Shown piece after piece: positions 36,971 through 46,300 of a stretch of 60,674 nucleotides of DNA. Both the position numbers and the translations under genes were made by a program. Origin of the DNA: an uncultured Verrucomicrobiota bacterium (GTDB lineage: Bacteria > Verrucomicrobiota > Kiritimatiellia > CAIKKV01 > CAITUY01); NCBI GenBank assembly GCA_964535015.1, contig CAZHRU010000005.1, positions 1-60,674 of the forward strand, read 5' to 3'. Each line of letters opens with the position of its first letter. The first letter of the stretch is position 1. The notes beneath the pieces are model-generated. The model saw only the letters and a list, made by a program, of their open reading frames with translations. It did no database searches and had not been told where the DNA came from.

Positions 36971-37828
36971 ATGAGTTTACCCTTGGAAACGGCGTTGGGA
37001 ATCGGCGGAACGACTCTCTACTGCCTTTCAGCAGTCCTGGCCCTTGCCGCCCTCTTGCGGTCGGGCGATCGAAAAGATAACGCCCCGGTAATCCTGCTGG
37101 CAGGCGGCATGTTGTTGCTCACGGCCTTGTTATCAATGCGACTCTGTTGCGCCGGTTACGTGCCCGTTTTTTCACGGTTTGACGCCTTGGCCGGTTACAC
37201 CCTGGCCCTCAGCGCCGCCTACCTCCTGTTGTCCGTCTTCCGCCCCACTCGCGGCATCGCCGCCATTCTCGTCCCCTATGCCGCCGTCTGCCTGCTTTGC
37301 GGAGTGTCCGCCCTTCGAATGGGCGCCGGGCCCCCCCTGCCCGTCCAGGGCTTCTGGCTGGTCTCCCATGTGATGTCCGCCTACGCCGCCTTCGGAGTCT
37401 TCACCCTGGCCAGCCTCACCGCCGTGCTATACCTCGTTCAGGACAGCAATCTCAAGCGCAAGCGCCTCGGCCTGGTCTGGGAACGCCTCCCTTCCCTGGA
37501 AACCCTCGACCACCTCATGAGCCGTCTGGCAGGGGTCGCCTTTCTCCTCCTCACCATCTCCGTCGTTCTCGGCTTCGTCCTGATCCGCCAGAGTGGCGGC
37601 GGCGACGACTGGTTTACCGACCCCAAGGTCCTGGCCACCATCGTCACCTGGATCGTTTTGGCCGTCTTCGTCCACATGCGCGCCAGCGCCGACCGGCACG
37701 GACGGGGAATCGCCCTGATGGCCCTCGTCGGCCTGGCCTGCCTGCTCTTCGCCTTCGTGGGCGTACCCCTGGTGGCCCACACCCTGCACTCGTTCCTGCA
37801 AATGCACTCCGGAGTGCCCCCGCCATGA
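36971..37828 (+). CDS. HemX/CcsA-family membrane protein
   Basis: SHV, LPSLETLD, WFTDPKV and C-terminal H; eight TM-like segments; directly upstream of hemA. Confidence 0.85.
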   Translation: MSLPLETALGIGGTTLYCLSAVLALAALLRSGDRKDNAPVILLAGGMLLLTALLSMRLCCAGYVPVFSRFDALAGYTLALSAAYLLLSVFRPTRGIAAILVPYAAVCLLCGVSALRMGAGPPLPVQGFWLVSHVMSAYAAFGVFTLASLTAVLYLVQDSNLKRKRLGLVWERLPSLETLDHLMSRLAGVAFLLLTISVVLGFVLIRQSGGGDDWFTDPKVLATIVTWIVLAVFVHMRASADRHGRGIALMALVGLACLLFAFVGVPLVAHTLHSFLQMHSGVPPP

Positions 37829-39159
37829 CCGTCGCGGTTCTCGGTATCAGTTTTCATACCGCCCCGGTCGAAATGCGGGAACGGGCCTCGGTCCGCAGCG
37901 CCGACATTTCCCTCACCCTGCAACACCTCCGCACCGAGTTCCCGGGTTCCGAAGTGGTGCTCGTCTCCACCTGTAACCGCACCGAGTTGTATACCGCCGG
38001 CATCGACGTGCGCGCCGCCAAACACCGGTTGGTCAAAATCCTCTTGAAGGTGGATGCCCACTTCCCCGCCGATGAGATCGAGAAACACTTCTACGTCAAG
38101 CGCGACCTCGAGGCCGTGGAACACCTGCTGGCGGTTGCCTCCAGTCTCGACGCCATGGTGGTGGGCGAAACCGAGATCCTGGGCCAGGTGAAACAGGCAA
38201 CCGTCATTGCCGAGGAGTCCATGACGACCGGCAAGGTACTGCGCCCCCTCTTCCAGAACGCATTCCGGACCGCCAAACGGGTCCACTCGGAAACCAGCAT
38301 CACCCGCGGCCGGGTCAGCGTGAGTTCCCTGGCCGTCGAGTTTGCCGAAAAGGTCTTCGAGGATCTCAGTTCCAAAACCGTGATGATCGTCGGCGCCGGC
38401 GAAACCGCCGAGTTGGCCCTGAAAAGCCTCGTGGATCGCGGTGCCAAGGACGTCCTCGTCCTGAACCGCTCGCTGGAACGCGGCCAGGCCCTCGCCGATA
38501 AGCACGGCGGCCGCGCCATCCAGTTCGACCTCCTCGAGGATTACCTCCACCGGGCCGATATCCTGATCAGTTCCACCAGCGCCCCCCACGTGGTGATCCA
38601 TGCCGATGCCGTACGCCGGGCCAGCGAACTCCGCCGCGGCCGCCCCATGCTGATGGTCGACATCGCCGTCCCCCGCGACATCGACCCCGAAGCCGCCCAT
38701 ATCAAGAATGTCTACGTCTACTCCATCGACGACCTGCAACGCATCGCCGCCGATAACCTCGCCAAACGGCGCGAGGCCGTCGAACATGCCTGGCACATCG
38801 TCCGCCAGGGCACCGCGGAAGTCGCCGCCCTCTTTGAAACCGCCGAACTCCGCCAGGTGCTTCAAAAGGTGGATGCCTTCGGACGCGACGTCTGCGAACA
38901 GGCCCTGCAACGATCCCTGAGCCGCGAATGCCTGGCCTCACTGCCTGAGGCAAGCCGCGAGGAAATCCGCACCCTGGCCCGGAAGATCGTCAACAAGATG
39001 CTGTCCGAACCGAGGGAGGCTCTCAAGCGGGCCGCCAGGAATAGCGAATGGGATAACTATACGCGGGTCGTCAACGACCTGTTCGGGTTCGACCGGAAGT
39101 CTCCAAACCCCGGGGAACCTGAACCGGAATCGCAACCTCCGTCTACCGGAACGTCATAA
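37825..39159 (+). CDS. hemA: Glutamyl-tRNA reductase
   Basis: TAPVEMRE, STCNRTE, SLDAMVVGETEILGQVK, GAGETA, DIAVPRDID. Confidence 0.97.
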   Translation: MTVAVLGISFHTAPVEMRERASVRSADISLTLQHLRTEFPGSEVVLVSTCNRTELYTAGIDVRAAKHRLVKILLKVDAHFPADEIEKHFYVKRDLEAVEHLLAVASSLDAMVVGETEILGQVKQATVIAEESMTTGKVLRPLFQNAFRTAKRVHSETSITRGRVSVSSLAVEFAEKVFEDLSSKTVMIVGAGETAELALKSLVDRGAKDVLVLNRSLERGQALADKHGGRAIQFDLLEDYLHRADILISSTSAPHVVIHADAVRRASELRRGRPMLMVDIAVPRDIDPEAAHIKNVYVYSIDDLQRIAADNLAKRREAVEHAWHIVRQGTAEVAALFETAELRQVLQKVDAFGRDVCEQALQRSLSRECLASLPEASREEIRTLARKIVNKMLSEPREALKRAARNSEWDNYTRVVNDLFGFDRKSPNPGEPEPESQPPSTGTS

Positions 39160-39177
39160 CAGAGAAAGAAGAAACAC

Positions 39178-40362
39178 ATGATCGGTATATCCAAACTGTA
39201 CTGCGGCACCGTCGAAGCGTCGGACCCCTTGCGATACGGACGTCAATCCAAGGACCTGCCCTCCCACCTGCTCCAGTTTTCGGCCGACAAGAAACCCGTG
39301 GTGGTCTGGAACGTCGGCAGGCGCTGTAACCTGCGTTGCGTGCACTGCTACTCCCAGTCCCGCGACCAGGACTACCCCAACGAATTGTCGCACGATGCCG
39401 GCCTGCGCCTGCTGGGCGATCTCTCCGACTACGGCGTTCCCGTGGTGCTCTTCTCCGGCGGCGAACCCCTGATGCGCCCGGACATCTTTGAATTGATCCG
39501 GTACGCAACCGGCCGCAAGATGCGGGCCGTCGTCTCCACCAACGGAACCCTGATCACCCCCGACGTCGCCGCCCGGCTCAAGGACGATGGCCTTTCCTAC
39601 GTCGGCATCAGCCTGGACGGCCTCGAGGCCACCAACGACCGCTTCCGCGGCGTCAAGGGCGCATTCAAAATGGCCCTGGATGGCGTCCAGAATTGCCTGC
39701 GCGCCGGCGTCAAGGTCGGTCTCCGCTTTACCATGACCCGCGAGAACTACAAGGACGTCGGCGGCATCCTCGACCTGATTGCCCGGGAAGGCATTCCCCG
39801 CGTCTGCTTCTACCACCTGGTCTATGCCGGACGCGCCACCAAGATGGTGCGCGAGGCGCGCATGTCGCATGAGGAGACCCGCCAGACTGTCGACCTGATC
39901 ATGGAACGCACCAAGGCGTTCCACACCCAAAACCGCAAGGTGGAAGTCCTCACCGTGGATAACCATACGGACGGCCCCTACGTCTACCTGCGCCTCTTGA
40001 AGGAAGACCCGAAACGGGCGGAGGAAGTCCTTAGCCTTCTCAAGATGAACGGCGGGAACAGCACCGGCACCGGCATCGGCTGCGTCAGTTGGGATGGCTC
40101 CGTCCATCCCGACCAGTTCTGGCGCCACTACTCGTTCGGCAACGTCAACGAACGCCCCTTCAGCGCCATCTGGTCCGACACCTCCGAACCCCTGCTGGGT
40201 AAGTTGCGTAACCGGAAACAATACCTGAAGGGCCGCTGTGCCGCCTGCAAGTGGCTGGATATCTGCAACGGCAATTTCCGCGTCCGGGCCGAGGCCATCA
40301 CCGGCGACCTCTGGGAAGCCGAACCCGATTGCTACCTGACCGACAAGGAGATCGGACTATGA
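39178..40362 (+). CDS. ahbC: 12,18-didecarboxysiroheme deacetylase (radical SAM/SPASM)
   Basis: MIGISKLYCG...LRYGR...SHLLQFS.DKKPVVVWN..RRCNLRCVHCY; SPASM cysteines. Confidence 0.9.
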   Translation: MIGISKLYCGTVEASDPLRYGRQSKDLPSHLLQFSADKKPVVVWNVGRRCNLRCVHCYSQSRDQDYPNELSHDAGLRLLGDLSDYGVPVVLFSGGEPLMRPDIFELIRYATGRKMRAVVSTNGTLITPDVAARLKDDGLSYVGISLDGLEATNDRFRGVKGAFKMALDGVQNCLRAGVKVGLRFTMTRENYKDVGGILDLIAREGIPRVCFYHLVYAGRATKMVREARMSHEETRQTVDLIMERTKAFHTQNRKVEVLTVDNHTDGPYVYLRLLKEDPKRAEEVLSLLKMNGGNSTGTGIGCVSWDGSVHPDQFWRHYSFGNVNERPFSAIWSDTSEPLLGKLRNRKQYLKGRCAACKWLDICNGNFRVRAEAITGDLWEAEPDCYLTDKEIGL

Positions 40363-41486
40363 CCGACACCCTCCGCCTTGTGTTCTGGGAACTGACGGCG
40401 CGCTGCAACCTGAAGTGCTGCCACTGCCGCGCCGAGGCCGTGGATAACTTCGTCGCCGGCGAGTTGTCCACCGCCGAAATCCTGTCCGTCGCCCGCGACA
40501 TCCGCGAGGCTGGCGACCCCATCATGGTGCTGACCGGCGGCGAACCGCTGGTCCGTAATGACTTCTTCGATATCGCCAAGGCCTGCGTCAGCATGTTCAG
40601 CCGCGTCGCCCTCGCCACCAACGGCACCACCGTGGACGACGCCATCGCCCGGCGCATCGTCGAAACCGGAATCCAGCGGGTCAGCGTCAGCCTCGACGGC
40701 GCCAACGCCGCCACCCACGATGCCTTCCGCGGCGTTCCCGGCAGTTTCGAGGCCACCCTGCGGGGGTATGACGCCATGGCCCGCGCCGGCGTCTCCCTCC
40801 AGGTCAATGCCACCGTCGCACGACACAACATTGACGAGGTCGAGGACCTCTTGAATTTCGTCATCGCCCGAAAGGCCGCCGCGTTTCACGTGTTTGCGCT
40901 CGTCCCCGTCGGCTGCGGCGCCCAGATCAGCGACGACGCCCGGCTTTCCTCCGAACAGATGGAAACATTCCTGCGCTGGCTGTTCCTGAAGTCCATCGAA
41001 TTGCGCGACCGCATTCACATCAAGGCCACCTGCGCCCCCCAGTATTACCGGATCATGCGCGAGGTCTCGCGCGAGCAGGGAATCCCCTTGCCGGGTGCCG
41101 GCCACGGTCATCCCCACGGCCAAGGCCATCCCCATGCCAAGGGTCATGGCGCCGCCAGCGGCATGGAGGCCATGACACGGGGTTGTCTCGCGGGTTCCGC
41201 CGTCTGCTTCATCTCCCGGATCGGCGATGTCCAGCCTTGCGGATATCTCCCCGTCTGCGTCGGCAATGTCCGCAAACAACCGTTTGGCGAAATCTGGCGG
41301 AGTTCACAGGTGTTCTCCGCACTCCGGGACCCCGGAAAACTCCAGGGCAAGTGCGGGTCATGCGGCTATCGCGTGGTCTGCGAAGGGTGCCGGGCCCGCG
41401 CCTACGCCGCCACCTCGGACTTCATGTCCGAAGATCCCGACTGCTCGTATGCCGGAACACCGCCCACAAACCGGGCGCCGAACTGA
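40359..41486 (+). CDS. ahbD: AdoMet-dependent heme b synthase (radical SAM/SPASM)
   Basis: LRLVFWELTARCNLKCCHC, KATCAPQYYRI, RGCLAG, VQPCGY, CEGCRARA. Confidence 0.9.
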   Translation: MTDTLRLVFWELTARCNLKCCHCRAEAVDNFVAGELSTAEILSVARDIREAGDPIMVLTGGEPLVRNDFFDIAKACVSMFSRVALATNGTTVDDAIARRIVETGIQRVSVSLDGANAATHDAFRGVPGSFEATLRGYDAMARAGVSLQVNATVARHNIDEVEDLLNFVIARKAAAFHVFALVPVGCGAQISDDARLSSEQMETFLRWLFLKSIELRDRIHIKATCAPQYYRIMREVSREQGIPLPGAGHGHPHGQGHPHAKGHGAASGMEAMTRGCLAGSAVCFISRIGDVQPCGYLPVCVGNVRKQPFGEIWRSSQVFSALRDPGKLQGKCGSCGYRVVCEGCRARAYAATSDFMSEDPDCSYAGTPPTNRAPN

Positions 41487-41499
41487 CCCAGGGGACCCC

Positions 41500-41835
41500 A
41501 TGCACCGCCTCACCCGTGAACAAAAAACCTTGGAGAAGATGATCGCCCTCTACTGCCGCGATCATCACAAACCCGGGGCGGCGCTTTGTCCCGATTGCGC
41601 GGCAGTCCAGTCCTATGCCACCGCGCGCCTGGAACACTGCAAGTTCGGAGCCGATAAACCCAAATGCTCCGCCTGCCCCGTCCATTGCTACAAACCCGCC
41701 ATGCGGGATGCTATCCGCACCATAATGCGCTACTCGGGACCGCGCATGCTCCTCCACCACCCCGTTCTGGCCCTCGGTCACACCCTGGACGGAGTCTTGA
41801 ATCCTCCACCTAAACGCGGAAGCATCCCAACGTGA
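41500..41835 (+). CDS. YgbA-family Cys-rich protein
   Basis: E.KT...MI..YC..HH....C..C.....YA..RL..C.FG..KP.C..CP.HCY.P.MR..I..IMRYSGPRM. Confidence 0.85.
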   Translation: MHRLTREQKTLEKMIALYCRDHHKPGAALCPDCAAVQSYATARLEHCKFGADKPKCSACPVHCYKPAMRDAIRTIMRYSGPRMLLHHPVLALGHTLDGVLNPPPKRGSIPT

Positions 41836-42848
41836 ATACACCCGCGCCCCCCCCTGACTCCCGGTTGCTCGTGGCTCTCCAGGCCGGACTGCCGTTCGTT
41901 CAACATCCATTCGCGAGCATTGGTGGCGACCTCGGTTTGTCCGAGGACGCCGTTCTGGCGCAAGTCCATGCACTCTTCACGACCGGTGTCGCCCGCCGCT
42001 TCGGCGCCGTCTTTGATTCCCAGAGTCTCGGTTATCAAAGCACCCTCTGCGCCGCCGATATCCCGCCGGACAGCCTCGAGTCGGCCGCCGCCCGGATTAC
42101 CCCTCACCCCGGCATTACCCATTGCTACGAACGGGAAGGACACCCTAACCTGTGGTTCACCCTGACCGCGCCCGCCGCGGAACTGAATCACGAACTGAAA
42201 CGTGTCTCCGAGGCCCTGGGCGGATACGAAGTCCTGAATCTTCCCGCGCTTCAGAAATTCAAGATCGAAGCCGTGTTCGGACGTGGCGACGGTCCGCTCG
42301 ACCCGCCGTCCCGCCAACCAACCGCCACGAATCACCCCGCCCCTCCCCTGACCGAACGCGAACGCCAGGTCGTGCGCCGCCTGCAGGCCAACATCGCCGT
42401 CTCACCGGATCCCTTCGGGGTTCTGGCGTCCGAACTCGGCTTCGATCCCGCCGAACTCCTGGCCCTTCTCAATCGCTGGAAGGAATCCGGAATCATCCGG
42501 CGCGTCGGCCTGGTCCTGCGCCACGGCAAACTCGGGTTTTCCGCCAATAGCATGTGCGTGTGGCCCGTCCCCGCCGACCGGATTACCAACGCCGGGAAAT
42601 CCCTGGCCCTCAGTCCCCACGTCACCCATTGTTACGAACGTCCGTCTTCCACCGCCTTCCAGTATAACCTCTACGCCATGATCCACGCCCGGTCCCGCGA
42701 CGAAGCCGTCGGCATCTTTGAACTCCTTGCCTCCACCGCCCGTCTCTCCAATGGCCGCATGCTCTGGTCGGCGCGCGAGTTCAAGAAATCCAGTCCCGTC
42801 TTTTTCTGTGAACCCCCTCCCACTCTAGGAAAGCCAGGTACCGCATGA
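41832..42848 (+). CDS. Siroheme decarboxylase AhbA-AhbB fusion (NirD/L/G/H family)
   Basis: Two tandem Lrp/AsnC-like units, each with PF...A..LG, RR.G and THCYER. Confidence 0.85.
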   Translation: MNTPAPPPDSRLLVALQAGLPFVQHPFASIGGDLGLSEDAVLAQVHALFTTGVARRFGAVFDSQSLGYQSTLCAADIPPDSLESAAARITPHPGITHCYEREGHPNLWFTLTAPAAELNHELKRVSEALGGYEVLNLPALQKFKIEAVFGRGDGPLDPPSRQPTATNHPAPPLTERERQVVRRLQANIAVSPDPFGVLASELGFDPAELLALLNRWKESGIIRRVGLVLRHGKLGFSANSMCVWPVPADRITNAGKSLALSPHVTHCYERPSSTAFQYNLYAMIHARSRDEAVGIFELLASTARLSNGRMLWSAREFKKSSPVFFCEPPPTLGKPGTA

Positions 42849-43663
42849 ACATCCGCGTTGGAATTCTCTTTGCCACCCCTGGCACCACCTGCGAAAGCGC
42901 CATGGACGTGTATGACCAGATCAGCCGGGCAGCCGAACTCCGCTTCGACGGTGTTGAATCCCGCTGGACCTACACCTCCGCGCCCATCCGCCGCAAACTC
43001 GCCGCACAGGGCAACACCGTCCCCACACCCGGCGAAACCCTCCTGGCCATGCAAAACGAGGGATTCACCCACACCGCCGTTATGCCATTGCATCTCTCGG
43101 ACGGCATGGAGTTTGCCGAATTGGCGCAAACAGTGGCCGACTGGAACCGCAAAGGCCAATCCATGAAGATCGCATTTGGCCACGCCCTCCTGGCTTCGCC
43201 CTCCGACTGGGAACGCGCCCTCCGCGCCCTGATCGCCGACCTGCCAAAGCCCCCCGACGAGAAGGATGGAATTCTCCTCGTCGCCCATGGCAGCCGGGAC
43301 CCCCAGGGGCAGAAGACCATCCTCGCCGCGGCACAACACTGCCGCACGGTTGACCGCCGCCTTATCCTCGGCATGATGCTCGGCAAACCCGGCATCGAGG
43401 ACGTGGTGCGGGAATGCAAGTCAAAGGGGGTTCGAAAAGTGTGGCTTCTGCCCTGCATGGTGGTCGCGGGTTTCTCGGCACAGGCTGACATCGCCGGGGC
43501 CGGCGAACACTCCTGGGCAAGCGCTCTCGAACGCGAAGGCATTGAATCCCTCCCGGTGACCAAGGGGTTGGGCGAAATCAGCGGCATTGTCCAGATCTGG
43601 ATGGATGCCGTTGAACATATGCTGACTGAATTGACGGGACCTGCCGGATGGAAGGTGAAGTGA
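42845..43663 (+). CDS. Sirohydrochlorin chelatase, CbiK-like
   Basis: GTT, PLHL..G.EF, AHGS, P.M.VAG...D.AG...SW, GLGE. Confidence 0.8.
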   Translation: MNIRVGILFATPGTTCESAMDVYDQISRAAELRFDGVESRWTYTSAPIRRKLAAQGNTVPTPGETLLAMQNEGFTHTAVMPLHLSDGMEFAELAQTVADWNRKGQSMKIAFGHALLASPSDWERALRALIADLPKPPDEKDGILLVAHGSRDPQGQKTILAAAQHCRTVDRRLILGMMLGKPGIEDVVRECKSKGVRKVWLLPCMVVAGFSAQADIAGAGEHSWASALEREGIESLPVTKGLGEISGIVQIWMDAVEHMLTELTGPAGWKVK

Positions 43664-44190
43664 TGCGCGACGAGTCGGTAACACATCCCATTTTCCCCGT
43701 ATGCCTGATGCTGGCGGGCAAACCCTGCCTCGTCGTCGGCGGCGGCCCCATCGCCGCCCGTAAAACAGGCCACCTGCTGGAGGCGCAAGCCGATGTGACC
43801 ATTGTCTGCACCGAGGTTAGCCGCGACATGCAGACCCTCGTCTCGGCCGGCAAGATCCGGCTGGTCAAACACCCTTTCACCGAGTCCGACCTCGACGGTC
43901 AATTCCTCGTCATCGCGGCGACCGATAACAGTGCCGTCAACCTCCAGATCATCAACGCCTGCCAGCACCGCAACATCCTCTGCAGTGCCGCTGACGGTAA
44001 CTGGCCAAAGGGCGATTTCATCGTTCCCGCCACCACCCGCAAGAACGGGTTCGTGGTCACCGTGGCCACCGGCGGCCGCTCATGCCGCCAGTCCCGCCTC
44101 GTCAAAGACAAAATTGCCGATATGCTTTCAACCCTTGCCAACGAAGCCACAAAGGACACTACGAATGACGACGGTCAAGACAACTCTTAA
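43663..44190 (+). CDS. Precorrin-2 dehydrogenase (SirC / CysG N-terminal domain)
   Basis: FPVCL....CLVVGGG.IA.RK...LL, LVIAATD, DFIVPA, VTVATGG. Confidence 0.9.
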   Translation: MRDESVTHPIFPVCLMLAGKPCLVVGGGPIAARKTGHLLEAQADVTIVCTEVSRDMQTLVSAGKIRLVKHPFTESDLDGQFLVIAATDNSAVNLQIINACQHRNILCSAADGNWPKGDFIVPATTRKNGFVVTVATGGRSCRQSRLVKDKIADMLSTLANEATKDTTNDDGQDNS

Positions 44191-46300
44191 GGCGGGAACA
44201 CGGAGCAGTCCGCTCGCCCGACTCCAGACCCGCGACGCCCTCGATAAACTCGAGGCGTGTTTCCCCTCTTGTTCCTTTGTAGATATACCTCTTTCCTCTC
44301 CAGGCGACCGTGACCTCAAGACCGACCTGCGGGAAACCCCGGCGGATTTCTTTACCCGGGATCTCGACCTCAAGATCCTGGACGGTGAACTGGATTGCGC
44401 CGTCCATAGCGCCAAGGATCTTCCCGATCCCGTGGCCGAAGGGCTCGACTGGTTCTGGCTGCCCTGGCGCGAGGATGCCCGCGATGTCCTCATCCGGCCG
44501 CGCGGTCAAACCGTCGCCACCCTCCCGCCCGATGCCAGGATCGGCGTCAGTAGCGCCCGCCGCGAGGCCTACTGCACCACCCGCTTCCCCAAGGCGCGCC
44601 AACTGCCAATTCGCGGAACCATCGAACAGCGGTTGGCTCAACTGGACCGGGGCGACTTCGATCTGATCGTCATGGCTGGCGCCGCCCTGAACCGGCTCGG
44701 ACTCCAGGACCGCATTACGGAATGGATCCCGGAAGCAACCCTTCCCCCGCCGGACGGCCAGGGCGCCCTGGCCGTAACCTTCCGCGCCGGTGACGAACGT
44801 TTCCTCCACCTGCGGCGCTTGTTCACCAAGTCTGTCACCTTCGCGGCCGCCGGTGTCGGCTCGGCCGGCGCCTGCACCCTCGAATGCCTCCATGCCCTCC
44901 AACGGTGCGACATCTGCCTCCATGATACCCTCCTCGGCCATGATCTGTTCGGCATGTTGCCCCCATCCGTCCAGTGCATTGACGTCGGCAAACGCTGCGG
45001 TCAGCACAGTATGCCACAGGACGAAACCACCTACCTGATCACCCGCTACGCCCGGCGCGGCCTGAAAGTCGTGCGCCTCAAGGGCGGCGATCCCGGCATC
45101 TTCGGACGCCTCGCCGAAGAGGTCGAGGCCCTCGATGCCCTGGCCCTGCCCTACCGGGTCATGCCCGGAGTCAGCAGTTTGAGCGCCGCCACCTCCACCA
45201 CCGGCATGTTGCTCACCCGGCGCGGAGTCTCGCGCGGCTTCACCGTCATGACTCCCCGTAAGGAGGGAGGCGGCACCGGTTCCGTCGCCGCCGATGTCCG
45301 CATGAAACTGCCCATCGTCTTCTTCATGGCCCTCTCCGTCGCCGACGAAGTGGCCCGCCAACTCATTGCCGAGGGCCTCTCACCCACCACCCCCGCCTCC
45401 GTCGTCTACGGCGCCGGCAGTGACCAGTCGCACTCCATCACCGGCGACCTCACCTCCATCGCAACCCTTATCAAACAAACTCAAACCGAACTCCCCGGCC
45501 TCCTTATCATCGGGGATGCCGCAAAATATCACTACCCCAACTGGGGCGCCCTCGAAGGACGCCGCGTCCTCCTGACCGCCAGTCAGGCCTTGCAGGACAA
45601 GGCCGCCGACCTTGTTGCCGACTACGGCGGCGTCCCGGTGTGCCGCCCGCTGATCAAACTGGAAACGACAACCGTGGCCCTTGACCGCATCCGCCAGATC
45701 AAGTCCTATGACTGGGTGGTCCTGACCTCACCTTCCGCCGTTCGGTGTTTTGGCGAACTCCTGCAAACCGCCTGGATCGATCGCCGTAAGGTCCCCACCC
45801 TCGTCACCTGCGGCGGCGGCACCTCCAAGGCGCTCTGGGACCTCGGCCTTTCCGCCGATATCGAACCCGCTTCCGAGTTCAGCGCCAACAGCCTCCTGGC
45901 AACCGTCCGCCCCCTTGTGAAACCCGGCTTGCGCGTCCTGCGCCTGCGCTCGGACAAGGCCGGCCCCGATCTTGCCGCAGAACTCAAAACCATGGGCGCC
46001 ACCGTGGACGATTGTGTTCTCTATCTGAATCGCCCCATCCCGCATGACGACAAACCCGACTTCGACGTTGCTTTCTTTGCCAGTGCTTCCGCCGTCGAAG
46101 TGTACGACCAGCAATGGAGCGCGTCCTCGCTCAAGGACAAGTTCGTCGTGGCCATCGGTAAACCAACTCTGGCCGCCCTGAAGAAGTCCGGCGTCACCCC
46201 CGATCTCGTCCCGCCCGAAGCCACCGTGGAATCCAGCATGGAAGCACTCGCCTGCCACTTTTCCCGACACGGCCTGCAAACCCTCAAGGAGAAACGATGA
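44165..46300 (+). CDS. HemC(domains 1-2)-CobA(SUMT)-HemD triple fusion
   Basis: GTRSSPLA, AVHSAKDLP, SSARR, GQGAL; then VVRLKGGDP.IFGR..EE, PGVSS; then RVLLT, WVVLTSPSAV, FFASASAV. Confidence 0.9.
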   Translation: MTTVKTTLKAGTRSSPLARLQTRDALDKLEACFPSCSFVDIPLSSPGDRDLKTDLRETPADFFTRDLDLKILDGELDCAVHSAKDLPDPVAEGLDWFWLPWREDARDVLIRPRGQTVATLPPDARIGVSSARREAYCTTRFPKARQLPIRGTIEQRLAQLDRGDFDLIVMAGAALNRLGLQDRITEWIPEATLPPPDGQGALAVTFRAGDERFLHLRRLFTKSVTFAAAGVGSAGACTLECLHALQRCDICLHDTLLGHDLFGMLPPSVQCIDVGKRCGQHSMPQDETTYLITRYARRGLKVVRLKGGDPGIFGRLAEEVEALDALALPYRVMPGVSSLSAATSTTGMLLTRRGVSRGFTVMTPRKEGGGTGSVAADVRMKLPIVFFMALSVADEVARQLIAEGLSPTTPASVVYGAGSDQSHSITGDLTSIATLIKQTQTELPGLLIIGDAAKYHYPNWGALEGRRVLLTASQALQDKAADLVADYGGVPVCRPLIKLETTTVALDRIRQIKSYDWVVLTSPSAVRCFGELLQTAWIDRRKVPTLVTCGGGTSKALWDLGLSADIEPASEFSANSLLATVRPLVKPGLRVLRLRSDKAGPDLAAELKTMGATVDDCVLYLNRPIPHDDKPDFDVAFFASASAVEVYDQQWSASSLKDKFVVAIGKPTLAALKKSGVTPDLVPPEATVESSMEALACHFSRHGLQTLKEKR

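Noticed and set aside
41101-41150. His-rich insert in AhbD (GHGHPHGQGHPHAKGHG)
   Set aside because: As I recall, similar His/Gly-rich linkers are common in AhbD proteins, so this is not novel.
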